A stretch of DNA of 64,000 nucleotides from Clostridium sp. CAG:524. GTDB taxonomy: Bacteria; Bacillota_I; Bacilli_A; RF39; UBA660. Numbering within the stretch: position 1 is the stretch's first letter; each line of letters opens with the position of its first letter. Both the position numbers and the translations under genes were made by a program. This document shows positions 54,833 to 64,000 of this stretch, piece after piece. Location of the stretch: NCBI GenBank assembly GCA_000434555.1, contig FR880112.1, forward strand, positions 161 through 64,160, given 5' to 3'. The notes below the pieces were generated by a model that worked only from the letters and a program-made list of their open reading frames with translations, made no database searches and had not been told where the DNA came from.

Positions 54833-56539
54833 ACACATGATCCTAATGATTTTGAAGTAGGAAATAGACATAATTTAGAAAGAATTGTCATAATGAATGA
54901 AGATGCAACTATGAATGAACTTACCGGTAAATATAATGGTATGACAAGAGAACAATGTAGAAGTGAATTACTTAAAGATTTAGAAAAAGAAGGACTACTT
55001 ATTAGTGTTGAAAAGATGACACATAGTGTAGGGCATTCTGAAAGAACACGTGCAGTAGTAGAACCTTATCTTTCTAAACAATGGTTTGTTAGTATGAAAG
55101 GTATGAGTGAAGACTTATTAAATGCTCAAAAATCTAAAGATAAAAAAATAAACTTTATACCAAAGAAATTTGAAAAGATACTTAATCACTGGATGGAAGA
55201 TTGCCATGATTGGTGTATAAGTAGACAATTATGGTGGGGACATAGAATTCCTGCTTGGTATAAAGATGATGAAGTTAAAGTACAAGTAGAATGTCCAGGA
55301 GAAGGATGGACTCAAGACAATGATGTTTTAGATACATGGTTTAGTAGTGCATTATGGCCATTTAGTACTCTTGGTTGGCCAAATAAAACAGAAGATTTAG
55401 AAAGATATTTCCCAACAGATGTTTTAGTAACAGCATATGATATAATATTCTTCTGGGTAGCAAGAATGGCATTTTCATCACTTAAACAAATGAATAATCG
55501 TCCATTTAAAGATTGTATAATTCATGGACTTATAAGAGATAAACAAGGTAGAAAAATGTCTAAATCACTTGGTAATGGAATAGATCCAATGGACTTAATA
55601 GATGAATATGGATGTGATGCTTTAAGATTTTATTTAACAACAACATCTGCAATGGGAATGGATATAAAATTTGATACAGAAAAAGTCGCATCAACTTGGA
55701 ACTTCATAAATAAATTATGGAATGCATCAAGATTTGTACTCATGAAACTAGAAAACTTTAAGAAGGAAGACTATAAATTAGAAAATTTAAATGATGCTGA
55801 TAAATGGATGCTTACTAAATTAAATGAAACAATTCATGCAGTAACAAAATCAATGGATAAATATGAATTTAATAATGCAGGAAGTTGCTTATATTCATTT
55901 ATATGGGATATATTCTGTGATAAATATATAGAAATGTCTAAATTCAGTGAATCAAATGGTACAAAGAGTACACTTCTATATACAATAACATGTATTATAA
56001 AAATGTTACATCCATTTATGCCTTTTGTAACAGAAGAAATATATAGTAATTTTGAAATAAAAGATACAGAATTACTATTACAAAGTGAATATCCAACATA
56101 TAATAAAAAACAAATATATAACGATATCACTAAAGAAATAGATAATATGTTAGAATATATAACATTATTTAGAAATAAAAAACTAGAAAATAAAATATCA
56201 AATGATATAGAAATAATAGATTATAACAAGAATACATTATTAAATAAGATGTTAAAACTAGAAGATAAAATAGTAGAAACTCCTACATATAAAGATAAAT
56301 TAACTATAGAATTATATAGTTATAAATTTGATATATATTTTGATAATTCTAAAAATAGTGAAGAAGAAAAGCAAAAGATACAAGAAGAAATATTAAAACT
56401 AGAAGTATCTATAGAAAGACGTAAAAAACTTCTTTCTAATGAAAACTATGTTAATAAAGCACCTGAAGCAATAGTTAATAAAGAAAGAGAAGATTTAGCT
56501 AAAGAAGAACATAAACTTGGAATATTAAGAAAGAATTAA
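54833..56539 (+). pseudogene. valS: Valine--tRNA ligase lacking its N-terminal third (no HIGH motif)
   Basis: The frame opens at 54833 and reads THDPNDFEVGNRHNLERIV..., a mid-CP1 block of ValRS. It continues through WCISRQLWWGHRIP, KMSKSLGN and the C-terminal coiled coil. An in-frame TAA sits at 54830-54832. There is no T-box or promoter. Confidence 0.8.
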
Positions 56540-56597
56540 TGAGATTAAGTTCTCATTTTTTTCTTGTCATGTTATAATTATAAAGCAGGAGAATTAT

Positions 56598-57191
56598 ATG
56601 AAAATAAATGCTAAAAAAGATAAATTTATGCCTACAATAATATTAGATATAACACTAGAAATATTCTTTCTAATTCCAACAATATTAGTGTTCTTTTTAG
56701 CATTAGATATAAAAATAGAATTACTAGGAATAATTATATCATTATTTATATTGTCAGTACCAAATGTATTTTTAATAGGTAATATCGTAACAGGTATAAA
56801 GTATTATAAAGGTATAAGTATTGTTATTGAAGAAGATACATTATATTTGAATCTCTTACTTCCATCAAAAAACATATCAAAAAAAGATAAAGTATATAAC
56901 CCATATAAACTTATCACTATACCAAGTAATAAATTTAAATGTGGAGCATATATTCCTAAAAAATATAAAGTTGATTTAAAAAATATAAAAGAATATGGTT
57001 ATAAAAATGACTTAAATATAAGTAATTATCTATATGATGGTAGAGATATAATAATTATATCTAATGATAAAAGATATTATATAATAACAGATAATTTTAA
57101 TTATAAAGATATAATAGATTTAATAAATGAAATATATAAAATAACTAAAATAGAACCTACAGGTGAATTAAAAAATATAATTGTTAAATAA
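56598..57191 (+). CDS. Membrane protein (two or three TM helices plus a small soluble domain)
   Basis: Hydrophobic N-terminal ~60 aa. I recognise no motif. It lies directly upstream of the HerA-like ATPase. Confidence 0.5.
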   Translation: MKINAKKDKFMPTIILDITLEIFFLIPTILVFFLALDIKIELLGIIISLFILSVPNVFLIGNIVTGIKYYKGISIVIEEDTLYLNLLLPSKNISKKDKVYNPYKLITIPSNKFKCGAYIPKKYKVDLKNIKEYGYKNDLNISNYLYDGRDIIIISNDKRYYIITDNFNYKDIIDLINEIYKITKIEPTGELKNIIVK

Positions 57192-57252
57192 TTAGTACTA
57201 GCAATAGTACCTTTTTAATGATATAATTTTAATAGAATAAGAAGGTGCTTAT

Positions 57253-59106
57253 ATGTTTGGAAAAATAATATCAATATTTGAACAAAATATTAAATTAGAA
57301 AACTTATCAAAAAGAGTAGAAACAACTTTAGTTGGAGTACATATAGTATTTGAAGATAAATTTAAAGTAGTTGCTGAAATTACATCAATAACTAGAGATG
57401 AAATATCTTGTATTTTAGTAGGTGAATTTATTAATAATCAATTTTATAGTGGTGTTTTAAATAAACCTACTGCTGATGCTAAGGCTAGAATAGTTAATAA
57501 AGATGAAGTAATCGCACTTGTTGGTAATCAACAAATAGATACTCCAACTGATCTTTATATTGGTAAAAGCCTTATATATGATGGATTTAATGTATCTGCT
57601 AATATAGATAATTTCTTCTCAAATCACTTTGCTATAATAGGTAATACAGGTAGTGGTAAAAGTTGTAGTGTAACAAGATTATTTCAAAATCTATTTTATA
57701 GAAAGAATTATATTCCAACTAATGCTAATATAGTATTATTTGATGTATATGGTGAATATCATTATGCTCTTGATAGAATAAATCAAACTAAATTTTGTAG
57801 ATGTAAAACACTTACTACAGACCCAGGATTTACAAGAAGTGAAATAGTTAAAATACCACCATATTATCTTGAAGTTGATGATATAGCATTACTTTTAAAT
57901 GTAGATTCTCCATCACAACTTCCTATTATTGAAAAAGCACTTAAGTATGTATATTTATTTACTGAAGATGAAGAAAAAGTAAAAGATATGAAAAACAATA
58001 TCATTGCTAAAGCAATATTAGATATACTTACAAGTGGTAAAAGTTCAGCACAAATAAGAGATCAAGTAGTAGCTGTACTTTCTACATTCTATACAAAAGA
58101 TATAAATTTAGAGAGTAAGATAATTCAACCGGGATATACGAGAACATTAAGACAATGTTTAAATATAGATCAAACTGGTAAAATAAATACAATGCAGTTA
58201 GTAACTGAATATTTGGAAGGTTATGTAAGTGAAGAATTAAAATTAAATAGAAATATGAAACCTAAATTTTATACTCTTAAGGACTTATATAATGCATTTG
58301 AATTTGCTCTTATTAGTGAAGGTGTTTTAAAAAGTGATAAAGTTTATGATGTTAATAATATATTAAAAGTAAGATTAGATACTATAATTAATGGAGACTA
58401 TGGAATATATTTTGAAGTAGATGAATATATACCTAAATCTGATTATATTAAAAATATATTTACTGCTCCTACTGGTGAAAAAGCTCAAATAGTAAATTTT
58501 AACTTAAATTATGTTGATGAAAGATTTGCTAAAGTACTTACTAAAGTATATTCTAAGTTATTCTTTGATTATGCGATTAGTTTAGAAAACAGGGGAGGCT
58601 TCCCAATGCAAATAATATTAGAAGAAGCACACCGTTATGTTCAAAATGATAATGATATTAATACAATTGGATATAATATATTTGATAGAATTACTAAAGA
58701 AGGAAGAAAATATGGTGTTATTTTAGGACTTATTACTCAAAGACCTAGTGAACTATCTAATACTGCACTTAGTCAATGTTCTAATTATTTAGTTCTTAGA
58801 ATGTTCCATCCAGCAGATCTTGAAATTGTTAAAAATATTACTCACAGCATAAGTGAAACAGATGTAGAAAGATTGAAGACATTAAGACCAGGTGTTGCAT
58901 TATGCTTTGGAAATGCCTTTAATATACCAACATTTACTAAAATAGATAAACCAGATCCAACTCCAAATTCAAGTAATGCTCATATTGGTACTGAGTGGTT
59001 CAGAAGGAGTGAAGAGTTACTTAAAGAACAAGAACAATTTAAATTAAATCAAATGCAAAATAATAATACAAATATTATTACAAATGAAAACCCTATAATT
59101 CAATAG
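57253..59106 (+). CDS. HerA-like (DUF87) FtsK/HerA-superfamily ATPase
   Basis: N-terminal HAS-barrel-like region. Walker A IIGNTGSGKS, Walker B QIILEEAHRYV, and GRKYGVILGLITQRPSEL. Confidence 0.75.
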   Translation: MFGKIISIFEQNIKLENLSKRVETTLVGVHIVFEDKFKVVAEITSITRDEISCILVGEFINNQFYSGVLNKPTADAKARIVNKDEVIALVGNQQIDTPTDLYIGKSLIYDGFNVSANIDNFFSNHFAIIGNTGSGKSCSVTRLFQNLFYRKNYIPTNANIVLFDVYGEYHYALDRINQTKFCRCKTLTTDPGFTRSEIVKIPPYYLEVDDIALLLNVDSPSQLPIIEKALKYVYLFTEDEEKVKDMKNNIIAKAILDILTSGKSSAQIRDQVVAVLSTFYTKDINLESKIIQPGYTRTLRQCLNIDQTGKINTMQLVTEYLEGYVSEELKLNRNMKPKFYTLKDLYNAFEFALISEGVLKSDKVYDVNNILKVRLDTIINGDYGIYFEVDEYIPKSDYIKNIFTAPTGEKAQIVNFNLNYVDERFAKVLTKVYSKLFFDYAISLENRGGFPMQIILEEAHRYVQNDNDINTIGYNIFDRITKEGRKYGVILGLITQRPSELSNTALSQCSNYLVLRMFHPADLEIVKNITHSISETDVERLKTLRPGVALCFGNAFNIPTFTKIDKPDPTPNSSNAHIGTEWFRRSEELLKEQEQFKLNQMQNNNTNIITNENPIIQ

Positions 59107-59125
59107 GGCTTTTATTTTGAATAAA

Positions 59126-60271
59126 TTATCTTACAACATATGGATCAGTTTCAGTACCATTACCAGATTTAAATAATGCTCTTTTATTAACATATGCAGT
59201 TAATATGAATCTTCTTTCTAAACTAGCTCTTGCTGTGTTGAAAGCAGCACCATTTAAATAATAAACTGAATAATTATTATCTTCTGTATCAAGTGCTGTT
59301 AATGACCATGTATTCCATCTTTCATGATATAAATAATTATAATTTGAACATGATTCACTAGTAGCTATTTTACAATTTTCATCAAGACTTGCTCTCATAT
59401 ATTCATATGGAGTAATAAGTCCAAACATATATTTATCATTTGATTTAACTGAACATTCAACAGTACCATTTTTTGTTTCATCATTAAGTTTTCTTTTAGC
59501 AACGCATAATTCTTTAGAAACAATAGCATTTCTTAAATTTTCATTAACTATCTCTTCATTACTTTCAAAAATTTTTAATGTTTCTTTAGCTCTACTAAGT
59601 TCAAATGTATTGTATCCCCAAGTAGCATCTCTATCTTCATTATATCTATTATCCCAAGGATATTGTTCTCTTTTACCAGTTTCATTTATTATTTTAACTG
59701 TATTATCATCTTCAATGCTAACTATTCTCCATAGGTATGGAACATCTTTATCATTAATATTTATAGTTCCAAAAGTTATATAATTATTTTTAACTTCACC
59801 TCTAAAGTAGTATCCACCATTTTCACTTTCATAAAGTCCACTACCTTCAGTAACGACAGGTGAATTTTCTTTAATAACTTTGTATAACTCTTTAGTTTCA
59901 TAACTACCTGGGCAAGTTAGATATGGAAGATATGCTATATTATCTCCACTTTTATTAACTACTATTTCTACAGTACAATTATCTCCATCTTTAAGTATTT
60001 CATTAAGAGGTTTAATATGTTTTCCTTCAACTAATGTACTATATTGAATAGTATAATCTCCATCAGTAGTAGGTACTAAAGTAGGATTAGTTTCATAATA
60101 ACTTTTAACCGCTAAAGTAATTTTTTCTTCAACTTCCTCATAAGTATAATAGTGTGGCTTAACAATAGATATAATCCATGTTGCAAGTAAAACTACAACA
60201 AGAAATCCTACTAAAGAAGCACCTATTATTATTAATTTTTTCTTATCAATAGATTCAAACATTTTTGTCAC
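59126..60271 (-). CDS. Membrane-anchored extracytoplasmic hypothetical protein
   Basis: An N-terminal TM helix (LIIIGASLVGFLVVVLLATWII) followed by ~340 aa that include conserved Cys residues. Confidence 0.5.
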   Translation of the reverse strand: MTKMFESIDKKKLIIIGASLVGFLVVVLLATWIISIVKPHYYTYEEVEEKITLAVKSYYETNPTLVPTTDGDYTIQYSTLVEGKHIKPLNEILKDGDNCTVEIVVNKSGDNIAYLPYLTCPGSYETKELYKVIKENSPVVTEGSGLYESENGGYYFRGEVKNNYITFGTININDKDVPYLWRIVSIEDDNTVKIINETGKREQYPWDNRYNEDRDATWGYNTFELSRAKETLKIFESNEEIVNENLRNAIVSKELCVAKRKLNDETKNGTVECSVKSNDKYMFGLITPYEYMRASLDENCKIATSESCSNYNYLYHERWNTWSLTALDTEDNNYSVYYLNGAAFNTARASLERRFILTAYVNKRALFKSGNGTETDPYVVR

Positions 60272-60316
60272 TCCTTTTTATAAATTAATTATACACTAAA
60301 TAATCCAAATAAACAA

Positions 60317-60676
60317 TTACTTAATCATATTAAATACATCACTTACATCCATATTATTTTTCTTATTATAACTAGGAATAATATGTAAATGATAATGTTT
60401 AACTTCTTGTAATATTCCATTATTTTGAACTAGTTTATACCCATTAGGCTTTAATTTTTCATCAAGGATTTTAATTACTTCTTTACTAGCCTTATTAATT
60501 TCGCTTAGATATAGAGTATCTATATCATAAATATCTTTAAAATGTTTCTTAGGTATAATTAATGTATGTCCCATAGAATTAGGATTAACATCTAAAAAAC
60601 ACTTTACATATTCATTTTCATATATTGTATATGATGGAATATCTCCTTTAATAATTTTACAAAAAATACAATCCAT
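60317..60676 (-). CDS. HIT-family (Hint-like) nucleotide hydrolase
   Basis: CIFCKII start and the histidine triad HYHLHIIP. Confidence 0.85.
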   Translation of the reverse strand: MDCIFCKIIKGDIPSYTIYENEYVKCFLDVNPNSMGHTLIIPKKHFKDIYDIDTLYLSEINKASKEVIKILDEKLKPNGYKLVQNNGILQEVKHYHLHIIPSYNKKNNMDVSDVFNMIK

Positions 60677-60786
60677 TTTCTTTCACCCATATATATTATA
60701 TATTAAATAATAAACTACTTCAATTATTATATTTGTTATAAAACAATTTATTTTACATGTATATATTATATTAGGTGAGGTATAAG

Positions 60787-61971
60787 GTGAATAATAAAAA
60801 TGAATTTCCTATGAAAGAAAAAAGTCTAATATATTTTGATAATGCTGCTACTACATTTAAGCCTTATAGAGTTATAGATAAAATGAATGAATATTATTAT
60901 GATTATAATGCTAATTCACATAGAGGAGATTATGATATAAGTTTTAAAGTAGATGATGAAATAGACTATACAAGAGATTTAGTTAAAATGTTTATTAATG
61001 CTAAAAGAACAGATGAAATAATATTTACTAGAAATACAACTGACTCACTAAATATGATATGTTTTGGCTATTTCTTAAATTATTTAAAAGAAAATGATGA
61101 AATAATATTATCAAGTAGTGAACATGCATCTAATATACTTCCATGGTTAATATTATCTATAAAAAAGAATATTAAGATAGTATTTGTAGATTCAGTAAAT
61201 GAAAAATTAAATATAAATGATTTAACAAGTAAAATAACTAATAAAACTAAAGTAATATCACTTGCTCATATAACAAATGTAAGTGGAGATAAAAGAGATA
61301 TAAAAACTATTTGTAAGATAGCTCATAAACATAATATATTAGTAGTAGTTGATGGAGCACAAAGTGTTCCTCATATTAAAACTGATGTTCAAGATTTAGA
61401 TATAGATTTTCTAGCATTTTCTGCTCATAAAATGTGTGGACCAACAGGGGTAGGAGTGCTTTATGGAAAATATGATTTATTAAAGAAAATGATACCATTT
61501 GAATATGGTGGTGGAATGAATCTAATATATGATAGTAATTCATTAAGACTTGCTGAACTTCCATATAGATTTGAAGCAGGTACTCCTAATTTAAGTGGAA
61601 TAATAGGCTTTAGTGAATCAATAAATTATCTAAATGAAATAGGTATGGATAATATAGAAAGACATGAAAAATATTTAAAAAAATATTTGATAAAAGAACT
61701 AGAAAAGATACCATATATAAAAATATATAATAAAGATACAGAAGGTAGTATAGTATTAATTAATATAGATGGAGTATTATCAGGAGACTTAGGACTTTAT
61801 CTAAATACTAAAGGTATTTGCGTAAGAAGTGGTAAACATTGTGCTAAAATGGGTGATAACACAGAAGATACTGTTAGAATAAGTTTATATTTCTATAATA
61901 CATATGAAGAAATAGACTATTTAATAAAAGTATTAAAGAATAAAAAAGAAATCTTTGAGTTTGCTAATTAG
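60787..61971 (+). CDS. Class V aminotransferase, cysteine desulfurase (SufS/CsdA-like)
   Basis: YFDNAATT, the SAHKMCGPTGVG PLP-Lys block, and RSGKHCA (catalytic Cys loop). The start is ambiguous (60775, 60787 or 60811). Confidence 0.8.
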   Translation: MNNKNEFPMKEKSLIYFDNAATTFKPYRVIDKMNEYYYDYNANSHRGDYDISFKVDDEIDYTRDLVKMFINAKRTDEIIFTRNTTDSLNMICFGYFLNYLKENDEIILSSSEHASNILPWLILSIKKNIKIVFVDSVNEKLNINDLTSKITNKTKVISLAHITNVSGDKRDIKTICKIAHKHNILVVVDGAQSVPHIKTDVQDLDIDFLAFSAHKMCGPTGVGVLYGKYDLLKKMIPFEYGGGMNLIYDSNSLRLAELPYRFEAGTPNLSGIIGFSESINYLNEIGMDNIERHEKYLKKYLIKELEKIPYIKIYNKDTEGSIVLINIDGVLSGDLGLYLNTKGICVRSGKHCAKMGDNTEDTVRISLYFYNTYEEIDYLIKVLKNKKEIFEFAN

Positions 61972-62000
61972 TTAAAAAAGTTACATTTTTTTGTAATTTT

Positions 62001-62113
62001 TTTAATTTTACCTAAAATTAAATTTTAGGTATAAAAACATATCCGAAAACTATATTTTTCTCTAAAGAAAAATTAAATTTTCACTATAAAAAACTATCTC
62101 AAAATTAAATTTT
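62001..62113. repeat. Three exact copies of a 13-nt A/T box plus a 22-nt palindrome upstream of the SSB-like gene
   Basis: AAAATTAAATTTT occurs at 62014, 62069 and 62101. The palindrome TTTAATTTTA-CC-TAAAATTAAA lies at 62001-62022. Confidence 0.6.
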
Positions 62114-62171
62114 ACCAATTTGAAACACTATATTTATTTATGTTATATTCCTCATGAAAGGAGGAAACATA

Positions 62172-62504
62172 ATGATAAATCAAGTAATTATAACAGGTAG
62201 AATAGCAAATGATCCTGAAGTAATAGTTGGTGAAAATAATAAGAAAAGAACTTATATAACACTAGCAGTACCAAGAGCTTACAAGAATATGGAAGGACAA
62301 TATGATACTGATTTCATAAGATGTACATTATGGAATGGTATTGCTGAAACCACTTGTGAGTATTGTAAGAAAAGTGATTTAGTTGGTGTTAAAGGCAGAC
62401 TTCAAACTTCACAATATGATAAAGATGGTGAAACTAAATATGTAATGGACGTAATCGCAGAAAAAGTATCGTTCCTATCAAGTTATAAAAAACCTGAAGA
62501 ATAA
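62172..62504 (+). CDS. Single-stranded DNA-binding protein lacking the acidic C-terminal tip (SsbB-like)
   Basis: The OB-fold start MINQVIITGRIANDPE and the later block GVKGRLQTSQYDKDGETKYVMDV. It ends SSYKKPEE with no DDD(I/L)PF. The ATG at 62172 follows AAGGAGG. Confidence 0.8.
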   Translation: MINQVIITGRIANDPEVIVGENNKKRTYITLAVPRAYKNMEGQYDTDFIRCTLWNGIAETTCEYCKKSDLVGVKGRLQTSQYDKDGETKYVMDVIAEKVSFLSSYKKPEE

Positions 62505-62510
62505 TAAGAA

Positions 62511-62534
62511 AGTGGTATCAAAACTACCACTTTT
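62511..62534 (+). terminator. Intrinsic terminator after the SSB-like gene
   Basis: AGTGGTA-TCAAAAC-TACCACT hairpin plus T4. Confidence 0.6.
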
Positions 62535-62546
62535 GTCATGTGAAAA

Positions 62547-62565
62547 GGTGCGACACTGTCGCACC
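62547..62565. repeat. GC-rich 19-nt palindrome, with an identical copy inside the downstream CDS
   Basis: GGTGCGACACTGTCGCACC. The identical sequence occurs at 62946-62964. Confidence 0.85.
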
Positions 62566-62619
62566 AATTGAAAGAATATCTATTTAAGAAGATTATACAG
62601 TTTTATTTAATGATTGAAA

Positions 62620-62639
62620 ACGCGCACCACTGGCGCGTA
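62620..62639. repeat. Second GC-rich hairpin inside a fragment homologous to the YhcG-like 5' region
   Basis: ACGCGC-ACCACTG-GCGCGT, preceded by TTTTATTTAATGATTGAAAA. This flank matches TTTTACTTAATGATTGAAAA at 62927-62946. Confidence 0.7.
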
Positions 62640-62693
62640 TTTTAATCTTGAACCATAAATTTATCAAAAAAGAAAGGATAGTAACAAGAACAA

Positions 62694-63578
62694 ATGAATT
62701 ATTATGAAGATATAAAGAAAGAATTAATAAATAATGAAATAAATAGAAAAGTAAAAACACATTCAATTAATAAAAGTGATTTAACCACTTATTATAATGT
62801 GGGAAAAACGTTAAGTGAAGCAGGTAAATGTTATGGAGAAAGTATAATTAAAGAATATTCCAAAAAACTAACAAATGAATTAGGCAAAGGATATGGCGTA
62901 TCTAATTTAAAAAGATTTAGACAGTTTTACTTAATGATTGAAAAAGGTGCGACACTGTCGCACCTTTTGACATGGAGCCATTATATAGAAATAATACCAA
63001 TAAATAACGTAACAATCATAAATTATTATATAAATATATGTATATACCAAAATTTATCAGCTAGAGAACTTAGGAATAAAATAAAAAACAAAGAATATGA
63101 AAGACTTGATGAAGAAACTAAAAATAAACTAATTGATAATGAAAAATTAAATATTAAAGATAATATAAAGAATCCAATATTAATAAAAAATATTCATAAT
63201 TATACAGAAATAACAGAAAAAATATTACAAAAACTAATACTTGAAGATATCTCATTATTTATGAAAGAACTAGGAGATTCATTTAGTTTTATAGACAATG
63301 AATATAAAATCAAAATAGGTGATAGATATAATTATATAGATTTACTTCTATTTAATATTGAATTTAATTGTTATGTAGTGGTTGAATTAAAAGTAACAGA
63401 ATTAAAGAAAGAACATATAGGGCAAATACAAGTATATATGAATTATATAGATAAAAACTTAAAAAAGATTAATCAAGATAAAACAATAGGTATTATCATT
63501 TGTAAAAAAGAAAATAAATATGTAATAGAATACTCAAGCGATGCAAGGATAATAACAAGAACATATGAATTGCTATGA
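62694..63578 (+). CDS. YhcG / DUF1016-family PDDEXK nuclease-like protein
   Basis: The N-terminal FRQFY...LTWSHY block and a C-terminal D...ELK restriction-endonuclease-like block (YIDLLLFNIEFNCYVVVELK). Confidence 0.7.
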   Translation: MNYYEDIKKELINNEINRKVKTHSINKSDLTTYYNVGKTLSEAGKCYGESIIKEYSKKLTNELGKGYGVSNLKRFRQFYLMIEKGATLSHLLTWSHYIEIIPINNVTIINYYINICIYQNLSARELRNKIKNKEYERLDEETKNKLIDNEKLNIKDNIKNPILIKNIHNYTEITEKILQKLILEDISLFMKELGDSFSFIDNEYKIKIGDRYNYIDLLLFNIEFNCYVVVELKVTELKKEHIGQIQVYMNYIDKNLKKINQDKTIGIIICKKENKYVIEYSSDARIITRTYELL

Positions 63579-63770
63579 TAAAACTATCAAAATAAAGCAA
63601 AAAATTAATATGAACCTTATACACTATTAATAAATAATTAAAAAGAATTATGGTATACCAATAAAAGAATAAACAATATATAAATAAAATTATTATATGA
63701 AAATATAAAACTTCAAAGAAGCAATTGATAATATTTGCTAATAATGATAAAATAATTTTGGAGAATAGAT

Positions 63771-64000
63771 ATGACTAAAGTATTAGATTTTTTAAAAGAA
63801 CATAAATATTTGATGGTAACTTTAGTACTAGTAGGAATTAGTATTACTTTAGGAGTAACATATTCAAATTATATTGTTACATCAAATAATCATAAAGCAG
63901 CTGAAATGTATATTGGTACTTTAAAATACTCAATGACTGTCGATGGAACAACTACTAACACTTTATCAGTACCAAGTGGTGAAACAATAGTAGATGTAAC
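63771..64000 (+). CDS. Membrane-anchored protein, 3' end outside window (full-length paralogue of the fragment at 54685)
   Basis: GGAG RBS. It reads MTKVLDFLKEHKYLMVTLVLVGISITLGVTYSNYIVTSNNHKAAEMYIGTLKYSMTVDG... and is open to the window end. Confidence 0.55.
   Translation, partial: MTKVLDFLKEHKYLMVTLVLVGISITLGVTYSNYIVTSNNHKAAEMYIGTLKYSMTVDGTTTNTLSVPSGETIVDV

Noticed and set aside
1-64000. An alternative genetic code (UGA read as Trp, as in Mycoplasmatota), suggested by the extreme AT-richness.
   Set aside because: Trp is encoded by TGG throughout conserved motifs. Several well-defined genes terminate at TGA at the expected length, and long ORFs are uninterrupted under code 11.

Overview
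The window is very AT-rich and uses the standard genetic code: Trp is TGG, and ORFs end at TAA, TAG or TGA. PolC, T-box leaders, tmRNA, murG-divIB and ComGC/PilA-type prepilins point to a low-GC Bacillota chromosome. I could not assign a genus. About half of the window is housekeeping genes. These are a PlsC-acyl-CoA ligase-PlsC lipid module, murG, divIB, nfo, rpmG, efp, dut-tyrS behind a T-box, and tmRNA plus tRNA-Gln and tRNA-Thr. They also include gpmA, aspS-lysS behind a T-box, polC, a HIT protein, a SufS-like desulfurase and an SSB-like protein. The rest is accessory or uncharacterised. (1) Three tandem monocistronic pilin paralogues have mosaic identity blocks. (2) A co-directional accessory stretch of about 16 kb begins right after the tmRNA/tRNA locus. 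It holds a tightly packed four-gene operon: a Zn-ribbon/LRR membrane protein, a radical-SAM/SPASM enzyme with a long C-terminal extension, a 126-aa protein ending in WSSSGYSGSYSGGSS-N15-R, and a Zn-ribbon membrane protein. This operon is my best candidate for an undescribed system. The stretch also carries a RhuM-Doc fusion, an orphan J-domain protein with a leader terminator, a NERD protein, ogt and tag. (3) A family of long perfect palindromes and a 76-bp tandem array surround an ORF6N gene upstream of polC. (4) A patch of gene fragments follows polC, where a deletion has fused the 5' end of a membrane-protein paralogue to a valS gene lacking its 5' third. (5) A HerA-like ATPase has no NurA partner. 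I saw no integrase, transposase, CRISPR array, rRNA or reverse transcriptase. All functional calls come from motifs read in the ORF-track translations, and no database search was run.
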